Assembly: GCA_964106915.2 (NCBI GenBank)
Contig: OZ066917.1
From: Podarcis gaigeae
Taxonomy: Eukaryota
DNA length: 64,000 nt
Direction: 5' to 3' (one strand)
Part shown: in pieces, positions 13,964-27,100 of the stretch
Numbering within the stretch: position 1 is the stretch's first letter
Layout: each line of letters starts with the position of its first letter
The notes under the pieces: generated by a model
What the model saw: only the letters and a program-made list of their open reading frames with translations
Databases searched by the model: none
Told to the model about the DNA's origin: nothing
Translations under genes and position numbers: made by a program

Positions 13964-14143
13964 AACCAAAAGCCTACCTCGGAAGAGATCACCATGATAG
14001 CTGACCAGCTGAACATGGAGAAAGAGGTGATCCGCGTTTGGTTCTGTAACCGGCGCCAGAAGGAGAAAAGGATTAACCCACCGAGTAGTGGTGGAACCAG
14101 CAGCTCGCCCATCAAAGCAATTTTCCCTTGCCCAACTTCATTG
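13964..14143 (+). CDS. POU2F1: POU2F1 coding exon, POU homeodomain
   Basis: tttcAG / GTaag, 180 nt; [60 protein letters not shown] (WFCNRRQ POU signature). Confidence 0.98.
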
Positions 14144-14580
14144 GTAAGAATTAACTTGAGTTATACCAGACTGGAAGAAATTAAAATCACTCCTATCCTC
14201 TTGGTAATGAGGTTGACATAATGCAGATTTCAAAATCAATCTTCAGTGGTCACTGCTGTGTTCAGTACACCTCCTATTGCTTCTACTTTGGTCCATATTG
14301 AAGAAGACATCCTCCAGAGGGCTTTGAGTACTAAGCGAGACATGAATTGTTGCTGGATTGAGCTGGGTGATTCACATGGGTGTTTGTGTTATACATAGCT
14401 TAATGATTTTCTCACTACAAGTAGCACTGTAGCATAGTTCTAAGCTTCAAAGAATGAAAATCCAAAGCTATATAATAGTATGTGCTTGCTAGCTTCTATA
14501 TTTGTAGGTAAGTAGTAAACATTTAAATCTGGTTTCTTTTCCTTTCTAAGAAAGCTTAGCTGTTTTGTTCTGACCTCTAG

Positions 14581-14686
14581 GTGGCAACCACACCAAGCCT
14601 TGTGACAAGCAGTGCAGCTACAACCCTGACTGTCAACCCTGTGCTCCCTCTAACAAGCGCGGCAGTAACTAGTTTGGCAGTCACAG
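14581..14686 (+). CDS. POU2F1: POU2F1 coding exon (S/T-rich C-terminal region)
   Basis: ctctAG / GTaag, 106 nt phase 0/1; [35 protein letters not shown]. Confidence 0.95.
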
Positions 14687-15040
14687 GTAAGAGAATATTC
14701 AGACTTCCTCAGCACAGAAGTACTTGCTGTTACAAAGACTAAAATTTAGTGACCTATTATGTCAGAGAATCACTGGCATCATTTGTATCCAGGGTTGTTT
14801 GTTAAGCAACAAGTTTTAATACACTCAGATCCAAGATAAACAGTGCCTTTTAGGTTCTGTTCACAATACTGTACTAACACACAGTGTCCACTGAGTTAAT
14901 CAGTCCTCTTTTTCTTACACTTTGGCGCATTGCCCTTTCATTCCATTGGAATGGTGTCTTTTGTTCTCTGTCTGTCTTGTAGTTTTAGATCTCTTCCAGG
15001 AGTATTAACTATTTTAGTCTGATTGAAACCATCATTTCAG

Positions 15041-15389
15041 GCACCACAGAAACCATCCCCAACAACACAGCGACTGTGATTTCTACCGCGCCCCCGGCTT
15101 CCTCAGCAGTGACATCACCCTCCCTGAGTCCCTCTCCTTCTGCTTCTGCCTCTGCTTCCACTTCTGAGGCATCGAGTGCCAGTGAGACCAGCACAACACA
15201 GACAACCTCCACCCCCATGTCCTCAGCAATTGGGACCAGCCAGGTGATGGTAACTGCTTCTGGGTTGCAAACAGCGGCAGCGGCACTCCAAGGAGCTGCA
15301 CAGTTGCCTGCAAATGCAAGTCTTGCTGCCATGGCAGCAGCAGCAGGACTAAATCCAGGCTTGATGGCATCCTCACAGTTTGCAGCTGG
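15041..15389 (+). CDS. POU2F1: POU2F1 coding exon (S/T/A-rich)
   Basis: tttcAG / GTagg, 349 nt phase 1/2; (G)[33 protein letters not shown]...[13 protein letters not shown](G). Confidence 0.95.
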
Positions 15390-15823
15390 GTAGGTATCTA
15401 CCATTCATAAAATTTGTTTGCCATTTTAACTATCTAGCCTTCAGGCATCAGATGTCATTACAGTGAACATTTAGTACCTTTACTTAAAAATAAGTGCTGT
15501 TTGAAAATAAAGATTGCCTTAATTTATTCTTTTAATCCAGTAGTTCAGCCCATCAGAGATTATTGGCACTTTTCAAGTATAAAAATGTTTGAATGCAAGT
15601 TTTTACGTTTCTTGCCACTTTTAAGATAGATTTTAAAGAATGAAACCAGTCAATAATAAATCCTAGGTAGAAATGCTGCTGAAAGGATCTACGTCCGTTT
15701 TTGTGATAAACAACGGGGGAAATTCAAATTTGACTTTTAAATTCTAATTCTGTGTCTAAGACTGCTCACCTGGAAAGTCGCTCTGTCTTCAGTTTGTTTT
15801 TGTTTTCTGTTTTGGGATTGCAG

Positions 15824-15912
15824 AGGTGCCTTACTCAGCCTCAATCCAGGGACACTAGGCGGTGCTCTCAGCCCAGCTCTTATGAGTAACAGCACTCTGG
15901 CAACTATTCAAG
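15824..15912 (+). CDS. POU2F1: POU2F1 coding exon
   Basis: ttgcAG / GTcag, 89 nt phase 2/1; [29 protein letters not shown]. Confidence 0.95.
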
Positions 15913-15983
15913 GTCAGTGGACTTTCACCAATCTTCCCATGTCTGTTATGTTTGTGTTTTGTTTTTCATAGGGTTCTTTCCCC

Positions 15984-15986
<3 letters not shown>

Positions 15987-16039
<53 letters not shown>
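15987..16039. repeat. (AG)n microsatellite
   Basis: Seen directly. Confidence 0.98.
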
Positions 16040-16041
<2 letters not shown>

Positions 16042-17005
16042 CTGCAAATCCTAAACTTCCTTGCTTGGAAATGTCACATTGAAGAGACTTGTCTCTACAT
16101 AAACATTTACCTTTATATATTTAAATCTCCATCAACCACACATGCACACTTCACACTCATGACAATGAAGGGGTGACATATTTTATTCCAAACTCCTTTT
16201 GACATTCAGAGATAATAATTAGTCTGAGTAAAATCAGTATATGAAAACACCCTTGTGAGGATTTTAATTAGAAGCCTCCAGGGAAATGATCAACCTTCAT
16301 ACATCAGGATCCTCTCAGACCTTCTTTCAGGAATGAATGACTGTTGAAGGCTGTCACTCAAACACTTGTGAGTTCCTGAAACATTGGTAAGAAACCTGAA
16401 GCATCAACTGTATGATTGCTATTGCCTCTTATCACTTTATAGGAGGTGATAGTTCAGAGAGGCTGCCAACACAATTCCAGTGCCATGCTGAGTCCAGAAA
16501 AACAGACTATTAAATCCTAACCTAGTCCTTGGGGATAAAATTTCACCCCAGTGTATTTTTTGAAAATCCAGTGCTGTGTAAATTCTGCAACAATGTAGTC
16601 CCATCTAAGACATTGTTGCCTGCACAGTCATAAACAAACAAGTACATTTTATTCATAGCGATATGTAGCTCTTTTACAAAAGAAACGTACATATATGTGC
16701 AAATGTTCTTGGTGTACAAAAATTCCTTTTATTAATATTCATAATCAAGCACTTCATTTGTTTGCATATATTTCCCTCCACCAAACCAAGCTAGCGACTG
16801 GTCAGGCTTTGCAAGTCAACAAAAAAGCCAGGCTGTAAACTGATCTACTCTTAATATGAAATGATTCTTCAAAGTGAACAGGTACTCCATGAATTTATTA
16901 TCAGAGCACAGAAGGTGAATAATACACAATGGCTTAAGCATTCTTCAGGTGGTTGAAAGGTGACTTCATATATCTTTATGCATGAGCCTTTATAATACTT
17001 TAATG

Positions 17006-17416
17006 CAGGGTTTGGGGAAGTTTTTCAGCCCCAGGGCCTCATTCCCTCAAGGAGCCTTGTGAGGCCCACCTGCCACTGGCGGGTGAGGCCAGAGGCAAAA
17101 GTGGGCACAACAATGGATGTGACTTCTGCCTTTGTGCAGAGTGTGGAAAGTTCAAAGGTTTCAGTAAGTGCACACACTTAGCCATCACATCTCTGCAACC
17201 AGGCAAACGAAAGAGGCATGTTTGCAGTTGAAGGATGAATTTCAGCTAGGCAAAAGCACTCCAGAAGGGTGTGGAGCAGGGCTGGTGAGGGATGTAGCCT
17301 GTGGGGAGGGGCATGGCACAGGGACAGGATGTAGCCAGGGGAGAGAGCCCCAAGGGACACGTAGAAAGGCCCCAAGAACTGCATTTGGGCCCTGGGCCTG
17401 AGGTTTGCCATCCCTG
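17006..17416. mobile_element. hAT-type MITE with 8-bp target-site duplication
   Basis: CAGGG...CCCTG termini flanked by exact direct repeat CTTTAATG (16998-17005 and 17417-17424). Confidence 0.85.
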
Positions 17417-17689
17417 CTTTAATGGGTCTTCACAGCACCTGCTTTTTCCTCTGTGGTGAAAATAGTGTATTTATCTGGATAATAAAATGGTCAGTTCTCA
17501 AGCCTCAGTCACTCTAAATCCACTCCAGCTTTTCCTCCTGATGTTGAGATGCTTCGTTTACTATTTTTGGAGGGTTTGTGTGTTTGTTTGTGTGTGTGTG
17601 TTAGCATCCATTGGTAATCAGAAGAAAAACATCAGTGCTGCTGATGTGTGGGGCTGCGAATGCTGACATTTTCTTCTGCCCCTCTCTAG

Positions 17690-18000
17690 CTCTTGCATCT
17701 GGTGGCTCTCTTCCAATAACATCACTGGATGCAACTGGGAACTTGGTATTTGCCAATGCTGGAGGTACGCCGAACATCGTCACTGCCCCTCTGTTCCTGA
17801 ACCCTCAGAACCTTTCACTGCTCACCAGCAACCCAGTTAGCTTGGTCTCTGCAGCTGCAGCCTCCGCAGGGGCCTCTGGACCAGTTGCCAGCCTTCATGC
17901 CACCTCCACCTCAGCAGAGTCTATCCAGAACTCTCTCTTCACCGTGGCCTCGGCCAGCGGGGCTGCCTCCACCACTACTACTGCCTCCAAGGCGCAGTGA
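17690..18000 (+). CDS. POU2F1: POU2F1 terminal coding exon
   Basis: ctctAG acceptor, phase 1; (A)[25 protein letters not shown]...[13 protein letters not shown] with TGA at 17998-18000. The eleven exons sum to 1899 nt = 633 codons in one frame. Confidence 0.97.
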
Positions 18001-18200
18001 GTTGGACTGAGCTGTGCTTACCCATAGCCTATTTTACTCTGCAGTGAGATGGGCTGCCAGCTGGGTTTACAAACTGCAAAATGTGATTGGTTTCCTCTCA
18101 CCGTGTTGCTGGGGACAAGGGAGAGAAGGAAAAATACAAAAGGAAAAAAAAAACCAAGAAGAAGGATTTAAAACTGGGACAAACATTTGCCTAATTTTAT

Positions 18201-18206
18201 AATAAA
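18201..18206 (+). terminator. Proximal polyadenylation signal candidate (AATAAA) of POU2F1
   Basis: AATAAA ~200 nt after the stop codon. Confidence 0.45.
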
Positions 18207-18433
18207 CACTGTCTTTTCAGGATTGCTTCATTGACTGGAGAACTTTCTAACCAAAAATGTATAAAACAAAAAAGGACTACTTATCATTTCCAGCAGTATC
18301 AATGACAAGTTAAGGTGGGTTATCAACTCAAACGTAGGAATGGGATTTCTTCTTTCTTTTTGATCTAAATATCTTTTTTTAATTATCATTTATTGGTCTG
18401 TTGTACAGGCCATAATGTCATACAAGGTGTTTA

Positions 18434-18578
18434 NNNNNNNNNNNNNNNNNNNNNNNNNNNNNNNNNNNNNNNNNNNNNNNNNNNNNNNNNNNNNNNNNNN
18501 NNNNNNNNNNNNNNNNNNNNNNNNNNNNNNNNNNNNNNNNNNNNNNNNNNNNNNNNNNNNNNNNNNNNNNNNNNNNNN
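18434..18578. other. Assembly gap (145 N)
   Basis: Run of n characters. Confidence 1.
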
Positions 18579-21252
18579 GCTCCTGGAACAGTTTCAGTGA
18601 GCTCCCATGCCACACAGAGGGAGGAGCAAAGAGAGGGAAGCATGTGAATTGCGAATGTTCTTTAGTTTCCTTTTCCCTGGCGGTATGTTTTTCGGGATTC
18701 TCTCAGAAGTGTTGGCGGCTAAGTGAACATACAGAGGGTAATGTGCAAACATAGTCCATGCTTGTGAGATGGGCGTTCTGATTGGACAGCTGTTTGCTCA
18801 GCACACTTGGGCCAAATCTAGCTCTCATTTGCACGTCTTTGGCTCCTGTTGATGCCAAGGGAGGAAGGATTTGGCCCATAGGTTCTGTCTTCAGCATCTG
18901 TGCTGGCCACTGTCTTGTCTCATAATTGCATGGAAATGGCCACTTTACAACTGGGAATATTTCTGTTATTTACTTTCTCAGGAGGCTGCCTGTATTGGTG
19001 ATAATTCATATGCATTCGTTGAACCTTCCTACCAGCTGTTTGGCATAGGATTTCTGAACGCTGCATTGGTTCATCTCTAAGAACTTACTTTTTCCAGTGT
19101 CTCCAATATGATTGTACTGAAAATGTTTTCAACTTAAAACATTTCTATTCCAGAAGTAAACTAGGTCATGTGAACAAGTACTGTTTTATGCCAACACAGC
19201 AGATCGTGCTCCATTCTAAATAGTTTGTAATGTTCTTTGACACTGTTCACTGCTCTGGAAAAAGTTGGTAAGGAATTCTTGGAAAACTGACCAGCGTGCC
19301 GTGGAGAGTGTTGTCTATCTGGTGAACACTGGCATGTTGCATGCGTCTTGCAATATTTCATGCTATTTCTGGGTGATGCTGCTGCTAGCTAGATCATTTA
19401 TGGCAGTAATAAACACCTCTACTAGAGAGGGGGAAATGTTTCCAAGCAACGTAACAAGTGGTATGCGCAAACAGCTGCTGACAATGGATGAGAGAGAGAC
19501 TGAAGAGACAAAGATGAACTTAAATGTTATGCTGGTCTGAATCTAAATCTTTTTGCTGAGAAGAGATTGGATGACTGCAATGTACTTGGAACTTTCCAAT
19601 CTCTTTTTAAGGTGAATTGAAAAATATCTTCAAGAAGGAGGAACTGCCCAGTTTTTCTTTTCACTAAGCCTGGGGAGAAGGGGAGTTCTAACACTCATGT
19701 AATTATATTGCATTTCATGCCAAAGGTAATTATTTAACCTCTCATCACCTGATATCCTTTTATCACCTGATATCATGATGGCAGTAACTTTATTCTCAAT
19801 TCCTTCTCTGGCTGCTGATCCCAATTCAGAGAGCTGGCATTGATGCTCAACTAGCAGAAATCTTTGTCTCTTCTCGCATACCGTCATGCTGTTTGCTCTC
19901 TGTTCGTCTCTGAATTTCCAACTTCCTGTTTCACAAGCTATTTAAAAATAATGAATTCTTCCTAAAACTTTAAAAACTTGTGAACTGTAAGCAGGGAAGT
20001 GAGCAAATGTCCGTCCACCGTCTTATGTGTGTTTGGTTTTTTTTAATGTTTTATTTTTTTAAAACTAAGCTTGAACCAAAGTCAATTTCTAGCAAGCTGC
20101 TGTACTAATGGACTAGTTTGTATAAGTGCAGTTCAGATGCAGAGAGGTGATAGATGCTACTGACAATTTCTTTTCATTTTTTATTTTATATAAAAATTGC
20201 TGCTTGTTTTAATCTTTTTTGGGGGGTGGGGGTGGTCTTTTATATATCCTTGGGGCAGACAAAATCTCAACTTGATTATTATCTAATTTCCGTGGTTTGG
20301 TGTGTAAATAGAATGGCAATGGCAGATGGTTACTAATTCAACTGTTCCCACATCCTCCTTAGCAGTTTGGCTCAATCTATATACTGTGGTGTGACTGTCT
20401 CCATGATTTCAGTCTCAGTTTAAAAATATAGGGCTATGAATAATACTGTGTGTTAAGGTTTTAAGTGGCCCATAGCAACAGCTTGGAGCAGTCAAATGTA
20501 TGAAAGGATGGCAGAGGAGAGACAGGTACCTACTATGTTGGTCTCAAGGCCATAGTGTTGACTAGTTTCTACCAAAGGAAATATCAATCCCATGGATTTT
20601 TCTTTTTGATTTTTTTTTGTCCATTGAAATTAGATCTATGTAACTTGTGTTTTTTGGCGCACACACATCCATACGTATATATTTTAATAGAGGAGATGGT
20701 GATGACTTCTGAACTGTGGCATTTATTTAGCTATGAATTTCAAACATCAAGGAGGAAATAAGCCCTTCATATTTATGTACAAAAAATAAAGAGAACACAG
20801 CCCTGTAAATTGCCCCCAAACTCTCAAGGATTAAGAGAAGCTGTTTATTCAATTGACTGGCTGCCTCTTCTTGGGTTCACTGTTTGCAGTTAGAGGACAT
20901 GATGAATTTGGAACACTAATGTAGCTCAGATGATGGCCATAAAAATCTTGCTGTAGTATTCACAGTATTCACATATTGTTGGTGTGAGCACCTTTAATCT
21001 TTATTTCTCTTAGATTCATGCCACGGCCACACTACTAGCAGATTTCACAGCAGGTTCTGGTGAAAAACTGGAAACTCAAAAAACATGCAGCTAAAATGCT
21101 TTGGTTGAATTGTATTCATCCTATTTTACATATTCCATTCCTCATATAGCTCATACCTAATGCATTGATGCTTGTTCCCAGCAGCACAGAGATACCAGGA
21201 TCTGAATAGCTGTCACTATTTCGTGTTGATCTTGGCTATATATTTCACATGG

Positions 21253-21253
<1 letters not shown>

Positions 21254-21286
<33 letters not shown>
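21254..21286. repeat. (CA)n microsatellite
   Basis: Seen directly. Confidence 0.98.
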
Positions 21287-21288
<2 letters not shown>

Positions 21289-24051
21289 CTTCCCATTCTA
21301 GAGCAGCCAGCCCCAACCTGGTGCCCTCCAGAGTACCATTCCCATCAGTCCTAGCTGTTCTGGAAGAAAGGCGGTTCTAGAGAGATGGATAATCAGCTTC
21401 TGCAATACACACTTGAACAGAAAATCAGATCCAGATAATTGGAGAATCTGCCCTGGAACCTCACAGTTATAATACATTTCTCTTACCACAAAGTTACAAG
21501 GATAATCACAAAAGTCATGAACGTTCTGGTATAGTGAAAATATTCTGGTCACTACCAAGTGCAATTCCTGTAATCCATAACAATGTGTGATACCTGTGTC
21601 CCTAATACCCAGTACTAACCATTCTTCCATTACTGCATTAGTTGAACAAATTAGTCCAGCATTCCAGTGTTCTAGAGATTGTTGATTTTATTTTCATTTT
21701 TTCAGTCATGGGTTATTAGGCTGTCATTTCATTTCACACAGTTTCAGATCTGTTTTGTAGGCCAAAGTCTGAAACGTTTGCTTGCAAACTTGAGAGATTT
21801 CAGTACACCTTTCATTACCAAAAAGGAAAGGAGTAGGTTAATTCTCATACCTGCAGTTTCCACAGTTGCAGGTTACTTAAGAAAATGGCAGAGTTCAGTC
21901 CGTGTCTCTTTCAGATGAGTTGGAATGTTTCTATTGATTTTAGAGAAGCCAGAGTGCCAGAACCTTATTGGGTGCAAATACTACTTCCTTGAAAGGTGTG
22001 AAAAATGGGGATATATTGAGCAGACAAACCATTGGCAGATGAGTTAAAACATCTAAGTTGTGTGCACTTAGGGCCAGTGTGGACACTTTCTGTTGTAGGA
22101 GAGTTGTTCTTCCAGCTGAATACATAGCTTATCATACTGATGGACAAACTCACAAGGTTCATAATTTCAAAGTAAAGTTGTTCTTCCACACCTTTTTGAA
22201 TCTGCCCATATATACCAATTTGCACATTACATATTTCCATGTATGAGGCTCACACATACAAGTAATGTCTGGGTGTGCCCTTGCTTTGCAGTTCACTGTT
22301 TTGGGGGGCAGAACGTTCATGTTTTTCAGACAGTGTGTGTAGATATATTTGACCGCTTCCTTTGTAAGGTTTGTGCTTATGAAGTGTTATAAATGTAAAC
22401 TATGTGTCATACTCAACTGTGCTTTACCCAGAGTAGACCCATTGAAATTAATGGACCTAATGTAGTCGTTGTCCTTAATTTCAGTGCATCTACTCTGCAT
22501 AAAAATTAGTTGAGTACCACCCTATATCTCTACATTATTTTGCCATCTTGAGAATGTATAACTGCTCCATATATCTGCATCAGGGTTGGTGGATGGGAGG
22601 TTAACCAATAATTCTGCAGGTCCAAGCAAGTCTTCCAGGCAATCTAGCATCTCAACCTTCACTTGAGTGATAGATTGCTGAGACTGAAGAGCAAAGGCTG
22701 AGACAACGGTTATATAAGGTAGGGTGGAGTCTTATAGGCTCTTTGGGTCATCTTATTATGACCATTTGTAGTGCCAGAGCAGCAGAGATCAGCCCCACTG
22801 TTCACTCTTCCTGCATGCTGCCCCAGTAGCACCGGCAGTATGATGTCTGGGCCATGAATTAGTTTACCTTGGAGATAAGCAAGCATGCCTAATGTAGGAA
22901 TTGTCATTAACCCAGCGCACTCAGGAGTACCAGTGCAGTGGATTACAACATATGACAGAAATGAGATGGAGACAATTTCTCATAAAAGGGAGGATTTGAA
23001 AAGTTTTTGCTGTTTTTCCCACCTACCACCTAAATATGCATGCCACATGAATGTGAAGGGACAGTGGTCATTTAATGTCATTTCCCCTGATGTATAGAGT
23101 TGGATCAGATGTAATACTCCCAATATCTTAACCATGACTAAGGAAGGTGGGCTGCAGGATCCCTGCGTTCATGTTAACCATGGCTCAGGTGAGTGCCAGC
23201 ACAGACATTAACCATGTTTAAGGCTGACAGAAAGAGGGTAGGGAAATGGCAGTCCTACAACCTGCTCTGCACTAAGTCTCTTCCTGCTCAGAAACATTAC
23301 AGAGTTGCTTTACAATGACATGATATTTATGTGAGTTACCAGAACCCTGGTGCCTGAGCCTGTGTACAAACATGGCTAGGAAAAGCTACAAATGTGATGT
23401 TATAAAAATGGGTCGCTTGGCTGTCCTGTGATGGAAAAGCAGTTGTGAATGGTGAATCCATGCTATATTTTAAAAATAACTCCTAAGCTTCTATTGCCAA
23501 GGAAAATACCTGATAGGTTAAGTTTAGTTTTATGTTGATCGTCATCTAAGACATTTTTACTGGATAAGTTCAACCAAAGATGTTATTGATTGAAGTTATA
23601 AAGGAAGAACAGAAGTACTTATTGCTGAATTTCCGGTGCCAGAAACCAGGCTTTAAAAGTCCATTGTTGCCTTATCTCCTTCCCTTCCCTATTTCAGTTG
23701 TATATTATGTGGGGTTAGGTTGGTAATATCATGCTTTAACTGTCTTTCTAATTGCTGTTCTAAAAACCTTGAAGAATGTAGGCTGCCCATTACAAGATAA
23801 ATCCTGTATTTTATTTGCTACCACACTGATGGCTTATTTCAGTTAGTGGATGTTGGGCTATACTGCAGCCTAAGCAAAGACTGGCTCTGATGCAGTGTTT
23901 GGCACCTGAGGTGGAGGGTTCACGTGATTTTTGCATGGGGCATTTATTTATGTTCAGGATCTGGTAGGAACTTTGTGAGACCACATTCAAAATGAACATA
24001 TTTGCATCAAATATTACATAGGAAGTGTGAGCACTGAACAGATAACACATA

Positions 24052-24087
<36 letters not shown>

Positions 24088-24119
24088 CGTTCGTTCGTTC
24101 GTTCGTTCGTTCGTTCGTT
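24052..24119. repeat. Compound (GATT)9(CGTT)8 microsatellite
   Basis: Seen directly. Confidence 0.95.
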
Positions 24120-27100
24120 CATTCTTGTAAGTGATAAGATGTGGTAAAATATCACTCAAGTCTTGCTTTATGAACATTTCCCCCAATTTAAATGTAATCT
24201 TGCACTGGTTCCACTGTGGGGCCATACAGTTATGCTTGGGGTTTGAGCTGCAGGGGAAGTTAGCATCACAAGGATGCAAAATCCACTAACTGACTTGATT
24301 AGTGTTTGGTATAATTAAAGCTTTTGCTATGGCCTTGTTGCTTTTGGAGCCACACAAGTGTAGCAGCTATATTTACCATACAAGTTCCTTTATTAACCTT
24401 TCAGATGACACTTTTGTTACGTAAAATTATTTAACAATATCTTATTGATGGCTATATTTTCCAGTAACATAATTTCTTGTAATAGAAGTGCACATTTAGG
24501 CAGATGCATCATTTCATCATATTCGTGCTGTTAATGACCTTTTTAAAAAAAACAACATCCCACGTAGAAGTCTCTCTTCTGCTTTGAACATGTAATCCTT
24601 TCTCTCTGACATTAGGAGTATGTTTATGCTCGATCTGTATGTGCCTACATGCACTTTTTAGAAGATGAATTCTAAAAGGGTTCTAGAGGTTCATAAATGT
24701 ATATAGGTATAAACCATTATAGAGAAAACACTACCAAAGGAGAATCTGGCTGGCTGATTATGGTTATTCATCTCTAACCAAAACTTCTCAGGACTCGTTA
24801 GTCAATTTTTTTACAAAGTTACAATCTAATGTTTTTTAAGCAATACACTCTTTTAAGACATTCACCTGCAAAGTTCTTGCTCCATGCAGTTATTAGGCCA
24901 AGTCGATCTTGCCAATAGGGAGCTTTCTATTGGCTTAAGTGATAAAAGTTGGCTGAGATCCCTGAGCTTCTTGAATGGACTTTGATGCCAAAGTCCATGC
25001 CCTGTATGAACAGCTTCAGAAAAAAAGGAATGCACCTGGAACTAGTGCCAATTTACCCACAGTCTTCTTACTTTTGTGAGTGTTGTGGGATGGCGTACTG
25101 TCCAATTTGTAAACATTCACCCTCCCCAGTGTTGGCTTCATGTTGGAAAGGGCCCTTGAACAAGAGATCTTCCATGGGTTCCCCCACCCTCCTCGGTCCC
25201 TCAGCAAATCTCCCTTATCACTGGAGCAGAACAAGGAGACTCTTGGCAGTGGAGGGCCTTGGACAGATGCCCAGCCATGCCAGTCCTCTCTGTCTTTTTC
25301 TGTGTGCCCAAAACATTTTCAGATTACACAATTTTAATCAAAAGGCATTTGATTAATAGTCAATGGAAAAATGAAACCTATATTTCATTTCCACTTTTCT
25401 AGGGAGACTTCCAAAAGTTTAAAATTCTTAATACAGACATCTATATAGATTGTGAAAGAAAACTTGAGATATATTGAACCTAGCATTGATTAGTTGCCGC
25501 AGCCTATCCCTAATACATTTCTGAATCGGTTTTGCAATGTTGAGTTCAGCCTCACTATCAACATATCACATTAGTCTTGAATCCTCCTGGGATAATATGC
25601 AGGATGATAAGAGGTCTGTTCCACACATTTCACTTTCCTACATACAGATATAGCATCCTTTAAGGAAATTGCATCATAATGTGCAGTGCCTGTTGCTATT
25701 TTATGCATAGACATTCTCTGTGAAGGCAAATTACAGTGTGTGAAGTGACTCTTGAGTCACACTGGAATTAAATTAGCTTTATTCTCGAGAGAAAGAAAGG
25801 TTGTAGTCTCACTTCCTGACATTGCTTTACTGCTATGACCTTTACTGACCTTTGTCCAAACATGCGGTATACATGTAGTTGGGCTGAATGTTGGCATGAA
25901 GCATGCCAAATGTTTTTGACCCTAAGGAGCAAAATGAAGGCTTCTCCTCTGACATAACTTGGGAGTCTCGTTCCACCCCTTCTTGTCTCTCTTTCTGTAA
26001 GCAGGCATTGTTACAGGGTTGTAGGAACAATGCTTTTTGGTAGCAGCTGGCTTTCTGGCACCTTTTTTTTATTAAAAAAAAATACCTCAGCATAGCTTTA
26101 GTATCATTTGCAGCATGGAAAATCGGGAGAGAGAAACTTTATAAATAATGGAAGTAATTCTAGCTGTAGAGTTTAGTTTTGAAGACCCTGACTTATGCTG
26201 TATGTATTTGCAGTTCTGTATTTAGGCTACAACTTTATAGGGTATGGGGTGGGGGAGGGAAGGAGAGAGAGTTAGCTGTGCTAGAAGGCAAATGTTGCTT
26301 GCAACGTCTTTTCCTACTTTGTCATTGGCTATCGTTGTCAACATGCTACATAACAGCAGACATAACTGAGCTGCTGTATTGCTTCCAGGGTCCTTCTAGG
26401 TGTGCATGACCTCTGCCTCCCTGCTTTCTTTCTATTGGCAAACCAAGGGCCTTGGTGGGGATGTAAATATTGAGCAAGTTTGTGTACTTGGAGGAGGGCA
26501 TACAAGGAGATGAATTAGCAACCCATTTTAGTCCACGTAGTTGCACTAGGGCTGCAGCTGGGCCAAGACTTTTACATTTGGAAAAGGAGGATGATATTTG
26601 GGAGAACAAAGTGAAACAGTTCTTTTTATCCCTGCTTGTCTTGTTATTGAATGTAGTATGTGGTAATTAATTTAATTTTCTAATAGCAATGCTAATTCTG
26701 TCTAGACCAAAAATAGCAGAAGAGAAACCAAACTAAATGCTAACCTGCTCCTAGTACCTAAGTATAGAGTACCTGAAAGAGATATGATTCTATGATCAGA
26801 CTTGAGGAGAAAAAAGGATATATTGGATGTGGGTTTCTTTTTATGGAAGGTGAGTCATTTTTCTCTCACAGCACATGGTTCAGATTTTGGATGGCATTTT
26901 GGGGAGACTTCATCTGCTTCCATCCTGACTCTGAAGCATCTCCTTTCTCTGATTGCTGAAAAATACAGAGTGTGTGTTTGTGTGAGGAAGTATATTTCCA
27001 GGGGTGGGAGAGGAAAACCTGAGCTTCAGCTGGAGGGGGAGAATTTCCAACGTTTTGATAGGAACCAAAGGTATACTGCTTAGTTTTTGGCAGCTCTGCT

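Noticed and set aside
15009-15404. 131-aa minus-strand ORF (and 17601-17783, 13335-13607) opposite POU2F1 exons
   Set aside because: These are antisense shadows of S/T/A-rich coding exons, with no independent splice or homology evidence.
18393-18647. ORFs spanning X residues
   Set aside because: Artefacts of the 145-N assembly gap.
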